Origin: a virus
Virus record (IMG/VR): IMGVR_UViG_3300030099_006944
Span: 123,356 to 187,355 of that record
Direction: 5' to 3' (one strand)
Length of the DNA stretch: 64,000 nucleotides
Within the stretch, counting starts at the first letter, position 1. Each line of letters starts with the position of its first letter. The position numbers and the translations under genes were made by a program. The notes beneath the pieces are model-generated. The model did no database searches and had not been told where the DNA came from. It was given only the letters and a program-made list of their open reading frames with translations. Positions 10,330 to 18,488 of this stretch are shown here, one piece after another.

Positions 10330-11532
10330 ATGGTATTCCAATTAATGGACGACAAAAAAGACTGCATAGGAGTATATACAAATGGACAATTTATTTACGA
10401 TCGGATCCCCACAAACTTGGATAGCACTTGGGCTTATTCTGAACACCTTAGAGATCGTCACGTTCAGTATGCTTATTTATGGACTCAGGGATCTAAGATA
10501 TCAGATATCTGCCCTGAACACTTGCTTGCAAGATGGACAGCAGCAGACAAAAAAATAAAATCTCACTTCAAATCACTGTATGTTTCGAAGATAAATTTGG
10601 GAGATATATGCTTTTTCGACATTGTTCCAAACAAGCAATTAGAGCATTATTTCCAGACTAAGAATGAAATCTGCGATTGGGTTTTTGCAAATGTTGACAA
10701 GCCAACACACTACGGGTTGCTCCACGACAGTTATATAACAATACAAAATATTTCAAAACACGTATTGAACATCAATAAGCACAAACTTTTTAAATATTCT
10801 AATTATGATGCCAAAGCAAAGAGTTTATGGAAGTGGATACAAGATAATCCACGACCAATTGTGAATTATGACTTGTTTGGTTCAAAAACCGGTCGACTTA
10901 CAACGAAAGTAGGAAGTTTCCCCATCATGAATCTTAAAACAGAAATAAAAGATGTTGTTGAACCCAATTGGGATTGCTTTTTGGAATTAGATTTCAATGC
11001 AGCAGAGATAAGAACTATGATATCCCTAATGGGACAAAAACAACCACAGGAGGATATACATGAGTGGAACATCAAAAACATATTTAAAGAAGATATCAGC
11101 AGAGCACAAGCAAAACAAAAGTTTTTCGCATGGCTCTACAACTCGGAAAACAAAACTATCGATTCTGAATTCTATAGCAAAGACGCTCTCGTCGAAAAGT
11201 TTTATTGCGAAGAACAAGAAGAAATACAGACCCCGTTTGGTAGAAGGACAGCTTGTGATAGATTTCACGCTCTCAACTATCTCCTTCAATCCGCTTCCTC
11301 CGATAACTGTCTGGACCGGGTCAACAAAATCGAAAAATTCTTAACAGACAGGAGAAGTTATGTCGCCTTTACTATACACGATTGCGTTATTATTGACCTT
11401 CACAGGGATGATCGCCATCTTATTCCTCAACTAAAACAAATTTTCGAAGATACGAAGCTAGGTTCTTTCCCGTCTTCATGTCATATTGGCAAAAACTTAG
11501 GCAATATGAAGGAATTTGTATGGAAAAATTAG
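10330..11532 (+). CDS. polA: Truncated family A DNA polymerase
   Basis: Motif A ELDFNAAEIR, motif B RAQAKQKFFAWLY, motif C TIHDC; only 400 aa. Confidence 0.75.
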   Translation: MVFQLMDDKKDCIGVYTNGQFIYDRIPTNLDSTWAYSEHLRDRHVQYAYLWTQGSKISDICPEHLLARWTAADKKIKSHFKSLYVSKINLGDICFFDIVPNKQLEHYFQTKNEICDWVFANVDKPTHYGLLHDSYITIQNISKHVLNINKHKLFKYSNYDAKAKSLWKWIQDNPRPIVNYDLFGSKTGRLTTKVGSFPIMNLKTEIKDVVEPNWDCFLELDFNAAEIRTMISLMGQKQPQEDIHEWNIKNIFKEDISRAQAKQKFFAWLYNSENKTIDSEFYSKDALVEKFYCEEQEEIQTPFGRRTACDRFHALNYLLQSASSDNCLDRVNKIEKFLTDRRSYVAFTIHDCVIIDLHRDDRHLIPQLKQIFEDTKLGSFPSSCHIGKNLGNMKEFVWKN

Positions 11533-11729
11533 AAGAAGGTGATATAATCGTAACACTACCGAAGGTTGAAAGAATTCAGGCAATCATAGGCAGACTTGAA
11601 AGAGGAATGATTGGTGTTGTAGTTGAGACGAACCCTAGATTCAATAATGTACAGGTTTATGGAGTACTAGTAAATGGGGAAATATATTATCTTTTTGCAG
11701 ATGAAATTCAAAAAGTGGAGGAGACATGA
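11520..11729 (+). CDS. Small SH3/KOW-like protein
   Basis: EEGDIIV...GMIGVVVE pattern; ATG at 11520. Confidence 0.55.
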   Translation: MEKLEEGDIIVTLPKVERIQAIIGRLERGMIGVVVETNPRFNNVQVYGVLVNGEIYYLFADEIQKVEET

Positions 11730-11923
11730 AAGTTGGAGACTTGGTCATGACCAAGCAGTGTGTTTGGTATTACGGATCGGAGGCTAGGACAAAGCGTATG
11801 GGAATAGTTTTAGAAATTATTAGATCACCCTTAACAGGAACCATAGTACATTGCTGGTTTTCAGAAATTGGATACTACCAGATTAATGTTGAGGGAATTG
11901 AACTATTGGAGGAAAATTGTTAA
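11726..11923 (+). CDS. Small SH3/KOW-like protein
   Basis: MKVGDLV...MGIVLEI...W. Confidence 0.65.
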   Translation: MKVGDLVMTKQCVWYYGSEARTKRMGIVLEIIRSPLTGTIVHCWFSEIGYYQINVEGIELLEENC

Positions 11924-12729
11924 TAGTAGGACTTGGAGAAGCAGGAACGAATATTGCTTCGTTATTTAAACAACATGAACAGTATCATGTAGAGATCTTA
12001 GATGAGGGAAAGGGCATTAAAAAATGCGCAACAGTTGAAGAGTATGATTCAATCAATTATAAACCTCGCAAGAAAGCTATCAAATCGGCCTCTGAGGGCA
12101 TTCTGTTCGTCTGTGGTAGTGGTAAGGTGTCTGCTGCTGCGTTGCGCGTTCTAGAAGGTCTTAGGCACGTTGATATGAAGGTTGTTTATGTTGTTCCGGA
12201 TTTAGAATACTCATCACGTGATGAAAAAATAAGACATCGTGTACACTACAATATTTTACAAGAGTTTTGTAGGTCTGGATTGATATCTGAAATGATAATA
12301 TTTGAAAACAAATGCTTGTTGGAAATTGCTGGCCATGGAACGATATACAAATATTACGAGAAAGCAAATTATTTAATTTATTCTGCAATTCATACCTTAA
12401 ATTATTGCGCGCATACGAAGCCTGAGTTTGGTTCACTTCACACTCCAAAACAAATCAGTCGAATTTGTACCCTAGGTTATGGCGAAATAGAAGAAAATGA
12501 TGAAAAAATGTTTTTTTCCCTTGACAACATAACGGAAACAAGTTATATTATTAATATAAATGAGGATGATTTAGCTAACGACATTGATCTCCTACCAAAC
12601 ATTAAAGCAATGGTTGGAGAAAACAAACAACTTGAACGCGAAACTTCATTTGCGATTTGGTCCACAACTGAGGATACAAATTATTATTACACAAAACATT
12701 ACACACACTTTATTCAAGAAAAAACTTGA
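11917..12729 (+). CDS. Divergent tubulin/FtsZ-like protein
   Basis: N-terminal IVGLGEAGTNIA loop, degenerate CGSGKVSAA at signature-motif position, VYVVPD strand; TTG start with GGAGG. Confidence 0.65.
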   Translation: MLIVGLGEAGTNIASLFKQHEQYHVEILDEGKGIKKCATVEEYDSINYKPRKKAIKSASEGILFVCGSGKVSAAALRVLEGLRHVDMKVVYVVPDLEYSSRDEKIRHRVHYNILQEFCRSGLISEMIIFENKCLLEIAGHGTIYKYYEKANYLIYSAIHTLNYCAHTKPEFGSLHTPKQISRICTLGYGEIEENDEKMFFSLDNITETSYIININEDDLANDIDLLPNIKAMVGENKQLERETSFAIWSTTEDTNYYYTKHYTHFIQEKT

Positions 12730-12761
12730 CAACATAACCATAACAGGTTATATTATTATAT
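12726..12761 (+). promoter_or_regulatory. Sigma70-type promoter, repeat copy 1
   Basis: TTGACA-17-TATATT; 36 nt identical to 12892-12927. Confidence 0.85.
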
Positions 12762-12782
12762 AATACAAAGCAAGGAGATAAA

Positions 12783-12875
12783 ATGCTTAGTTTAATGTTG
12801 CTCACCATTATTGGTTGCGGCGAAAAAGAAGATGATACAGCAGAGGCTGTCGTCGAAAACTCTTCCGAGAGTTAA
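12783..12875 (+). CDS. 30-aa putative lipoprotein
   Basis: Hand-translated MLSLMLLTIIGCGEKEDDTAEAVVENSSES*; AAGGAG SD; lipobox-like IIG-C. Confidence 0.65.
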   Translation: MLSLMLLTIIGCGEKEDDTAEAVVENSSES

Positions 12876-12891
12876 AAAATAAAAAAAATAT

Positions 12892-12927
12892 TTGACAACA
12901 TAACCATAACAGGTTATATTATTATAT
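12892..12927 (+). promoter_or_regulatory. Sigma70-type promoter, repeat copy 2
   Basis: TTGACA-17-TATATT with upstream A-tract. Confidence 0.85.
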
Positions 12928-12948
12928 GTTCAACAAAAAGGAGTTATT

Positions 12949-13197
12949 ATGAGCATTACACAACAATTTCCAGTATATACTGGCACATTCACCACACAAA
13001 AAGGTGAAAAACGTACGATGAACTTTATCAAAGTTTCAGATCTTCCGACATCCTTCACTAGTGTTTCTAGTCGTGCACGAAAATTGCAACCGGGTTTTGA
13101 AACAGTCTATGATGTAGATAAAAGTCAGTATAGAACTTTCAATTATAACTCATTGATTGGGTCTGTACAGATGTCACATCGTACAATTACAATTTAA
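12949..13197 (+). CDS. WYL_2/Sm-like SH3-barrel small protein
   Basis: GTFTTQKGEKRTM...VYDVDKSQYRTFNYNSL resembles phage WYL_2 pattern. Confidence 0.6.
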   Translation: MSITQQFPVYTGTFTTQKGEKRTMNFIKVSDLPTSFTSVSSRARKLQPGFETVYDVDKSQYRTFNYNSLIGSVQMSHRTITI

Positions 13198-13255
13198 GGG
13201 TAGTCCCTTGGGTTTTTTGTCTGTTTTTTTCCTCAAAAAAACTTTCACTTTTTTC

Positions 13256-13284
13256 TTGACAAAGTTTAAAATATATGTTATATT
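13256..13284 (+). promoter_or_regulatory. Sigma70-type promoter (extended -10)
   Basis: TTGACA-17-TATATT with TG at extended position. Confidence 0.8.
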
Positions 13285-13374
13285 ATAAATATAAGCTAAG
13301 TCTTAAAACACAAAAAATCTAACGGTAAGGTTGAAACCCTGCCGTATATGATAGCAACAAAAGGAGAACTAATC

Positions 13375-14145
13375 ATGGCTATTAATATCGAAGCGATGCG
13401 AGCCAAACTTAACGCATCTAAAAATGGCAACAAAGGTCAAACAAACAATACGAAATGGCGACCAACTCAAGGAGACCAAACCATTCGTATACTTCCTACA
13501 GAAGATGGTGACCCGTTTAAGGAATTTCACTTTCATTATAATGTAGGCAAAAATCCCGGAATTCTATGCCCAAAGAAAAACCACGGAGAGGATTGTCCAA
13601 TCTGTGAGTTCGCATCTACATTGTGGAGACAAGGTGTTGAAAATGACGACACAGCTCTTAAGAATGAAGCTAAAAAACTTTTTGTTCGTAAGCGTTATTA
13701 CTCTCCAATCATTGTACGTGGCAAAGAATCCGAAGGAGTAAAAGTTTGGTCTTATGGAAAGCAAGCCTATGAAACCCTTCTAGGGTATGTTCTGGATCCC
13801 GATTATGGTGATATCACAGATTCCGAAACCGGTACTGATATTGTTCTTAATTATGATGTTCCGGGTACCCCCGGCTCTTTCCCTAAGACTACCCTAAAAC
13901 CCCGTCGACGTCCGAGCGTTTTGTGTGATGATGCTATTAGCGATTGTGATGCATTGCTCGACTCAGTCCCAGATATTGGTGGTCTTTTTGATAGAAAAAC
14001 TACTGAGGATATTCAAGCTCTGCTAGATGATTTCCTGTCTACCGACACGTCCTCCGAAAGTAGATCTAGTGAAACTACAAAGTATAATACATCATCCACC
14101 TCGGACGTCGATAAGGAGTTCCAAAAATTCATGAACGATGAGTAA
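13375..14145 (+). CDS. ssDNA-binding protein, T4 gp32-like
   Basis: WRP..GDQTIRILP, H..C..CPIC zinc site, acidic tail; AAGGAG SD before ATG 13375. Confidence 0.85.
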   Translation: MAINIEAMRAKLNASKNGNKGQTNNTKWRPTQGDQTIRILPTEDGDPFKEFHFHYNVGKNPGILCPKKNHGEDCPICEFASTLWRQGVENDDTALKNEAKKLFVRKRYYSPIIVRGKESEGVKVWSYGKQAYETLLGYVLDPDYGDITDSETGTDIVLNYDVPGTPGSFPKTTLKPRRRPSVLCDDAISDCDALLDSVPDIGGLFDRKTTEDIQALLDDFLSTDTSSESRSSETTKYNTSSTSDVDKEFQKFMNDE

Positions 14146-14173
14146 GTCGTAGTCCTCCTGTGTTGAAGGGTTT

Positions 14174-14208
14174 ACCGCCCACCCTAGAATAAAAGTGGCG
14201 GTTTCTTT
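14174..14208 (+). terminator. Putative intrinsic terminator
   Basis: ACCGCC(C)AC/GTGGCGGT stem then TTCTTT. Confidence 0.45.
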
Positions 14209-14264
14209 TAAACAAAGCAGCGGGGGAAGGCTTAAAGATCCCCCTTATATAAAAGGAGAGTGAA

Positions 14265-14756
14265 ATGACTTATAATTATAATCCCAAGCCCAAAAATATT
14301 GTCACTGTACACTATGTTGGTACCTTGGATGATGGTCAAGAGTTTGATAATTCTCACAAAAGAGGTGAGCCGTTAACATTCACGATAGGTAGTGGACAAA
14401 TGATCCCGGGTTTCGAAGCGAATGTTATAGGAATGAAAAAAGGAGAGAGTAAAAATTTTACGCTATCTCCGGATGAAGCATATGGACAAGTCAGAGAAAA
14501 CCTATTTCAGACTTTTCAGAGAACTCAGTTTCCACCAGATTTTGAGATACAAGTGGGGTCGATGATAAACGTCCCAACCAACGATGGCCAAATATTTCCT
14601 GCAACCATTAATTTTGCTGATGAAGAAAATGTGGTATTGGATTTTAATCACCCAATGGCTGGAAAAAACTTGAACTTCGATATTGAAGTTATTAATATTA
14701 TAAACGAAAAAGGAGAAACACTTGGGGAAGTTGATACAAATGAAGAAACCGGGTAA
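14265..14756 (+). CDS. slyD: FKBP-type peptidyl-prolyl isomerase (SlyD/SlpA-like, no His tail)
   Basis: VHYVGTLDDGQEFDNS, GQMIPGFE, PDEAYG, DFNHPMAGKNLNFDIEV. Confidence 0.9.
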   Translation: MTYNYNPKPKNIVTVHYVGTLDDGQEFDNSHKRGEPLTFTIGSGQMIPGFEANVIGMKKGESKNFTLSPDEAYGQVRENLFQTFQRTQFPPDFEIQVGSMINVPTNDGQIFPATINFADEENVVLDFNHPMAGKNLNFDIEVINIINEKGETLGEVDTNEETG

Positions 14757-15834
14757 AATTGACATTTCAGCGATGAAAAAATTTGTTAACAAACAAGTTG
14801 GAATAGATATCGCACACGATCTCCGTCAGGATAATCCTACGGAAGTTAAAACTTGGATCCCTACTGGATCTAGGTGGCTTGACTCTATAACTTGTAGAGG
14901 AAGGTATGGTGGTATTCCCGTTGGGAAGATTACCGAGATTGCTGGTTTAAGCTCAGCCGGCAAATCTTTTATGGCTGTTCAGATAGCCGCCAATGCTCAG
15001 AAGATGGGTCACACTGTGGTCTACTTCGATGCTGAAAGCGCTATCGATCCACAGTTTCTTACAACTGCGGGAGTCAATACGGATGAACTTCTGTATATTC
15101 AGGCTCTTTCTGTGGAGAAAGTTCTCGAAACAATTGAGGACTTAATGGGAGAATATCCTGAAACTCAATTCCTTTTCATTTGGGATAGCATTGCTGCTAC
15201 TTCTTCTGAAAAAGAAATAGAATCAGACTTCAACCCTCAATCCACTATGGCAGTCAAGCCTCGCATTTTTGCTAAGGCTTTTCCGAAACTTACAATCCCT
15301 CTTGCCAATCAACAGTGTACGTTGATCTTGATTAATCAATTAAAGACCAACATCACTAGTAATGTAGCCGAAGCAATGACAACCCCATTTATTGCTCCCG
15401 GTGGTAAGGCGATTGAATATTTCTGCTCCCAGCGTATTTGGTTAACAAAGCGAAAGGCAAAAGCAGGATATGTCACAGACCAATCTGGTTTGCGAATTGG
15501 TTCGGAAGTAAAGGTCAAGATTGAAAAATCTAGATTTGGAACGGAAGGAAGAACTTGTGGGTTCAAAATCCTGTGGGGTGGCGAGGCACGAATTCAAGAT
15601 GAAGAATCGTGGCTTGAAGCCCTGCGTTTATCCCAATCAGACCGTTTTCGGGTAGGAGGTGGATGGTACTACCTTACCGACTCTAAGGGTAAGGAGATAA
15701 AATTCCGATCCTCCTCTTGGTTGGATAAACTAAAAGATCAAAAATTTAAGTCTCTGGTCTTTGAAATTATGGATGAAGAGATAATTAAGAAGTTCGATAC
15801 TGAAGGCAAGAATTTCAATGTCGACAAAGAATAG
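14722..15834 (+). CDS. recA: RecA/UvsX-like recombinase
   Basis: Walker A GLSSAGKS, VYFDAE, IWDSIAA, LINQL, PGGKA; start TTG 14722 or ATG 14740. Confidence 0.92.
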   Translation: MGKLIQMKKPGKIDISAMKKFVNKQVGIDIAHDLRQDNPTEVKTWIPTGSRWLDSITCRGRYGGIPVGKITEIAGLSSAGKSFMAVQIAANAQKMGHTVVYFDAESAIDPQFLTTAGVNTDELLYIQALSVEKVLETIEDLMGEYPETQFLFIWDSIAATSSEKEIESDFNPQSTMAVKPRIFAKAFPKLTIPLANQQCTLILINQLKTNITSNVAEAMTTPFIAPGGKAIEYFCSQRIWLTKRKAKAGYVTDQSGLRIGSEVKVKIEKSRFGTEGRTCGFKILWGGEARIQDEESWLEALRLSQSDRFRVGGGWYYLTDSKGKEIKFRSSSWLDKLKDQKFKSLVFEIMDEEIIKKFDTEGKNFNVDKE

Positions 15835-15867
15835 TGATTTGATACATCATTGTTTTTCTCCATGTAG

Positions 15868-15899
15868 CCCTCACCTTGTAATACAGGTGAGGGTTTTTT
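15868..15899 (+). terminator. Intrinsic terminator
   Basis: CCCTCACCT/AGGTGAGGG 9-bp stem then T6. Confidence 0.8.
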
Positions 15900-15909
15900 A
15901 TTTATTTAC

Positions 15910-15938
15910 TTGACAAACTAAACACAACAGGTTATATT
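15910..15938 (+). promoter_or_regulatory. Sigma70-type promoter
   Basis: TTGACA-17-TATATT; spacer similar to 33121 and 35190. Confidence 0.85.
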
Positions 15939-15961
15939 ATTAATATAATACGGAGGACAGT

Positions 15962-16114
15962 ATGAAAAAAATATTAATTAAACACGAAGGTATTCAATTT
16001 TACGGATATCTAGTCGAGGACAAGAAAACAAAGTTTATTGCTCTCAATGAATCAAAAGTAGTAACTTGGCATTACCCTAAGGTAGCGTACTCGTACACAA
16101 TCGTGGAGGGGTAA
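15962..16114 (+). CDS. 50-aa hypothetical protein
   Basis: Hand-translated MKKILIKHEG...YTIVEG*; GGAGG SD; TAATG coupling. Confidence 0.65.
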   Translation: MKKILIKHEGIQFYGYLVEDKKTKFIALNESKVVTWHYPKVAYSYTIVEG

Positions 16115-17064
16115 TGAATAAAGTTATGTTTATCGATGGACTGAATATGTTTATCCGCAGCTACATCGTAAACCCAACTTTGGATAAGCATGGCAACCCC
16201 ATAGGCGGTTGTATAGGTTTCTTAAAATCCTTGCAAAAGGTTACTAGGAAATTTCAACCTGACGAAGTAATAGTTGCTTGGGATGGTCACGAAGGTTCAC
16301 AGCGCAAAAGAGCTTTGAACAAACAGTATAAAGAGGGTCGAGGCCCGATAAGGTTTAACCGTAGGTTAATTGAGTTGTCACCAGAAGAACAAACAAAAAA
16401 CAAAGCCTATCAACTTATTAGGCTGATGGAGTACTTAAATGAATTACCAGTCATTCAAATCACTATCGACTTTGTTGAGGCCGATGATGTTATCGCTTAT
16501 GGAGCACGGCACCCTTATTACGGAGGGTGGAATAAAATCATTGTTTCTTCCGATAAAGACTTCTTTCAACTCTGCGATAAGCAGACATCTATCTATCGAC
16601 CTATCCAAGATAAAGTGGTTACACAGCAAAGCATTCTTGATGAGTTTAAAATTCATCCCAATAATTTTGCCGTTGCTCGTGCAATTGCAGGAGACACGAG
16701 CGATAACCTTCCCGGTGTGCCTGGGGTTGGGCTTAAAACAATTGCAAAGCGCTTTCCTTTCTTGGCTTTCGAAGAAGAATCAGACTGCCAAAAGATTGTT
16801 ACAAATTGTGCAATGCAAACAAAAAAGCTTAAATTACACGAAAACATTATCAAGTCTGCTGATTTGGTAAAAAACAATTATAGAATCATGCAACTGTATT
16901 CACCAAACATCAGACCGGTGAATAGAATTTTTATTGACAATACGATAATCCAGTTTGAACCTGAGTTTTCAAAACTAAATTTTACGAAAATGCTGTTTGA
17001 AGATGACTGCGGCTATATCAAATTTGATGAACTAACTATGGTCATGAAAAAAATAAAAAGATAA
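16114..17064 (+). CDS. 5'-3' exonuclease / flap endonuclease (Pol I N-terminal-like)
   Basis: FIDGLN, AWDG, EADDVI, SSDKDF, GDTSDNLPGVPGVGLKT. Confidence 0.9.
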   Translation: MNKVMFIDGLNMFIRSYIVNPTLDKHGNPIGGCIGFLKSLQKVTRKFQPDEVIVAWDGHEGSQRKRALNKQYKEGRGPIRFNRRLIELSPEEQTKNKAYQLIRLMEYLNELPVIQITIDFVEADDVIAYGARHPYYGGWNKIIVSSDKDFFQLCDKQTSIYRPIQDKVVTQQSILDEFKIHPNNFAVARAIAGDTSDNLPGVPGVGLKTIAKRFPFLAFEEESDCQKIVTNCAMQTKKLKLHENIIKSADLVKNNYRIMQLYSPNIRPVNRIFIDNTIIQFEPEFSKLNFTKMLFEDDCGYIKFDELTMVMKKIKR

Positions 17065-17073
17065 AAAACAAAA

Positions 17074-17101
17074 TTGACAAATGAAAATTATATGTTATAA
17101 T
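17074..17101 (+). promoter_or_regulatory. Sigma70-type promoter
   Basis: TTGACA-16-TATAAT with extended TG. Confidence 0.75.
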
Positions 17102-17122
17102 TAATAACACATTGGAGGACAA

Positions 17123-18478
17123 ATGTATAATAATGATCAAGACACTTTCTCACGTTTTGGGAAAAAATTTCAAGAAAATATGTGCCAACTTATGTTGGAA
17201 GACCGGCCATTTTATGACCAAATCTCAGAAGTTATAGATATCAATTTCTTTGAAAAAAAATATCTGCAAATATTTATAGAAACACTGATGAAGCATAGAG
17301 AGAAATACTCTACTCATCCAAATTTTGAGGTAATGATGTCTCTATTGAGAACTGAATTGAACCACCATGATAGAGCAACCGCCAAAGCAGTAAGGGATTT
17401 TTTTGCTAGAATAAAATCTTCGGATGGTATCGAAGAAGCCGCTTGGATAAAAGATAAGGCTATCGATTTCTGTCGAAAACAAGTGCTCAAAGCAGCAATG
17501 CTCAAATCAGTTAAATTATTGAAGTCCTCCTCGTTTGACGAGATTGAAAAAGTTATTCAGGACGCTTTGAAGCTAGGTACAGATAATAATTTCGGACACG
17601 AGTATCACAAGGATGCCCTTGCAAGATTCGAGATCGTCAATCGTAACCCAATCACAACTGGTTGGGATCGTATGGATGAAATATGCAAAGGAGGCCTAGG
17701 AAAAAATGAACTTGGCGTTGTTATTGCTCCTACTGGCGCTGGAAAGTCAATGGTTCTTGTCCACCTCGCCACAGAAGCACTCAAAAAAGGAAAAACAGTA
17801 GTGTATTACACACTGGAACTTAAAGACACGGTAGTAGGAAGTAGGTTTGACTCTTGCTTGACCGGAATTCCTCTCAATGAACTGAGGGATCGAAAAGAAG
17901 AGGTCTTGGATAAGATTGAAAACGTCGACGGCTCTTTGATAATCAAAGAATATCCAACCAAGTCCGCTTCGGTTCAGACAATCAAAAATCACATTGAGAA
18001 ATTGAAAAAGAGAGGCATAGAACCAGATATTGTGTTGGTTGATTATGCTGATCTACTTAGACCACCTCGCGTTTCTGGTGAAAAACGTCATGAGTTAGAG
18101 GAAATTTATGAAAACCTCAGAGCCATTGCTCAGATTTATGAAATACCAGTCTGGACCGCCTCACAAACAAACCGCGGAGGCTTGAATGCTGAGGTCATAA
18201 CAATGGAAGCTATCTCGGAGGCATTCAACAAATGTTTTGTAGCCGATTTTATCTTTTCGTTGTCAAGAACTGTCCAAGACAAACAGGCGAACAAAGGAAG
18301 AGTCTTTATCGCCAAAAATAGAAATGGCCCTGACGGCATGGTGTTCCAATCGTTCGTAGATTGGTCAGATGTCACAATTAAAATATTAGATAGGGATGAA
18401 GATGTCGATGCTATGCAATCTACCGCGGAAGCTCTGACTCTTCTTAAAAAGAAATATCAAGAAATATCAGCGAAATAG
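17123..18478 (+). CDS. dnaB: Replicative DnaB-like helicase
   Basis: Walker A APTGAGKS, YYTLE, VLVDYADL, WTASQTNR, IAKNRNG. Confidence 0.9.
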   Translation: MYNNDQDTFSRFGKKFQENMCQLMLEDRPFYDQISEVIDINFFEKKYLQIFIETLMKHREKYSTHPNFEVMMSLLRTELNHHDRATAKAVRDFFARIKSSDGIEEAAWIKDKAIDFCRKQVLKAAMLKSVKLLKSSSFDEIEKVIQDALKLGTDNNFGHEYHKDALARFEIVNRNPITTGWDRMDEICKGGLGKNELGVVIAPTGAGKSMVLVHLATEALKKGKTVVYYTLELKDTVVGSRFDSCLTGIPLNELRDRKEEVLDKIENVDGSLIIKEYPTKSASVQTIKNHIEKLKKRGIEPDIVLVDYADLLRPPRVSGEKRHELEEIYENLRAIAQIYEIPVWTASQTNRGGLNAEVITMEAISEAFNKCFVADFIFSLSRTVQDKQANKGRVFIAKNRNGPDGMVFQSFVDWSDVTIKILDRDEDVDAMQSTAEALTLLKKKYQEISAK

Positions 18479-18488
18479 GAGAGCAAGT

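Noticed and set aside
11917-12729. Nucleus-forming jumbo phage assignment
   Set aside because: Tubulin-like gene alone is insufficient; no chimallin or multisubunit RNAP seen here, and sigma70 promoters imply host RNAP use
13196-13218. Terminator after the WYL_2-like gene
   Set aside because: Stem is only 5 bp and is separated from the T-run; too weak to call
18479-18488. Cobalamin riboswitch before nrdJ
   Set aside because: Intergenic gap is only 10 nt
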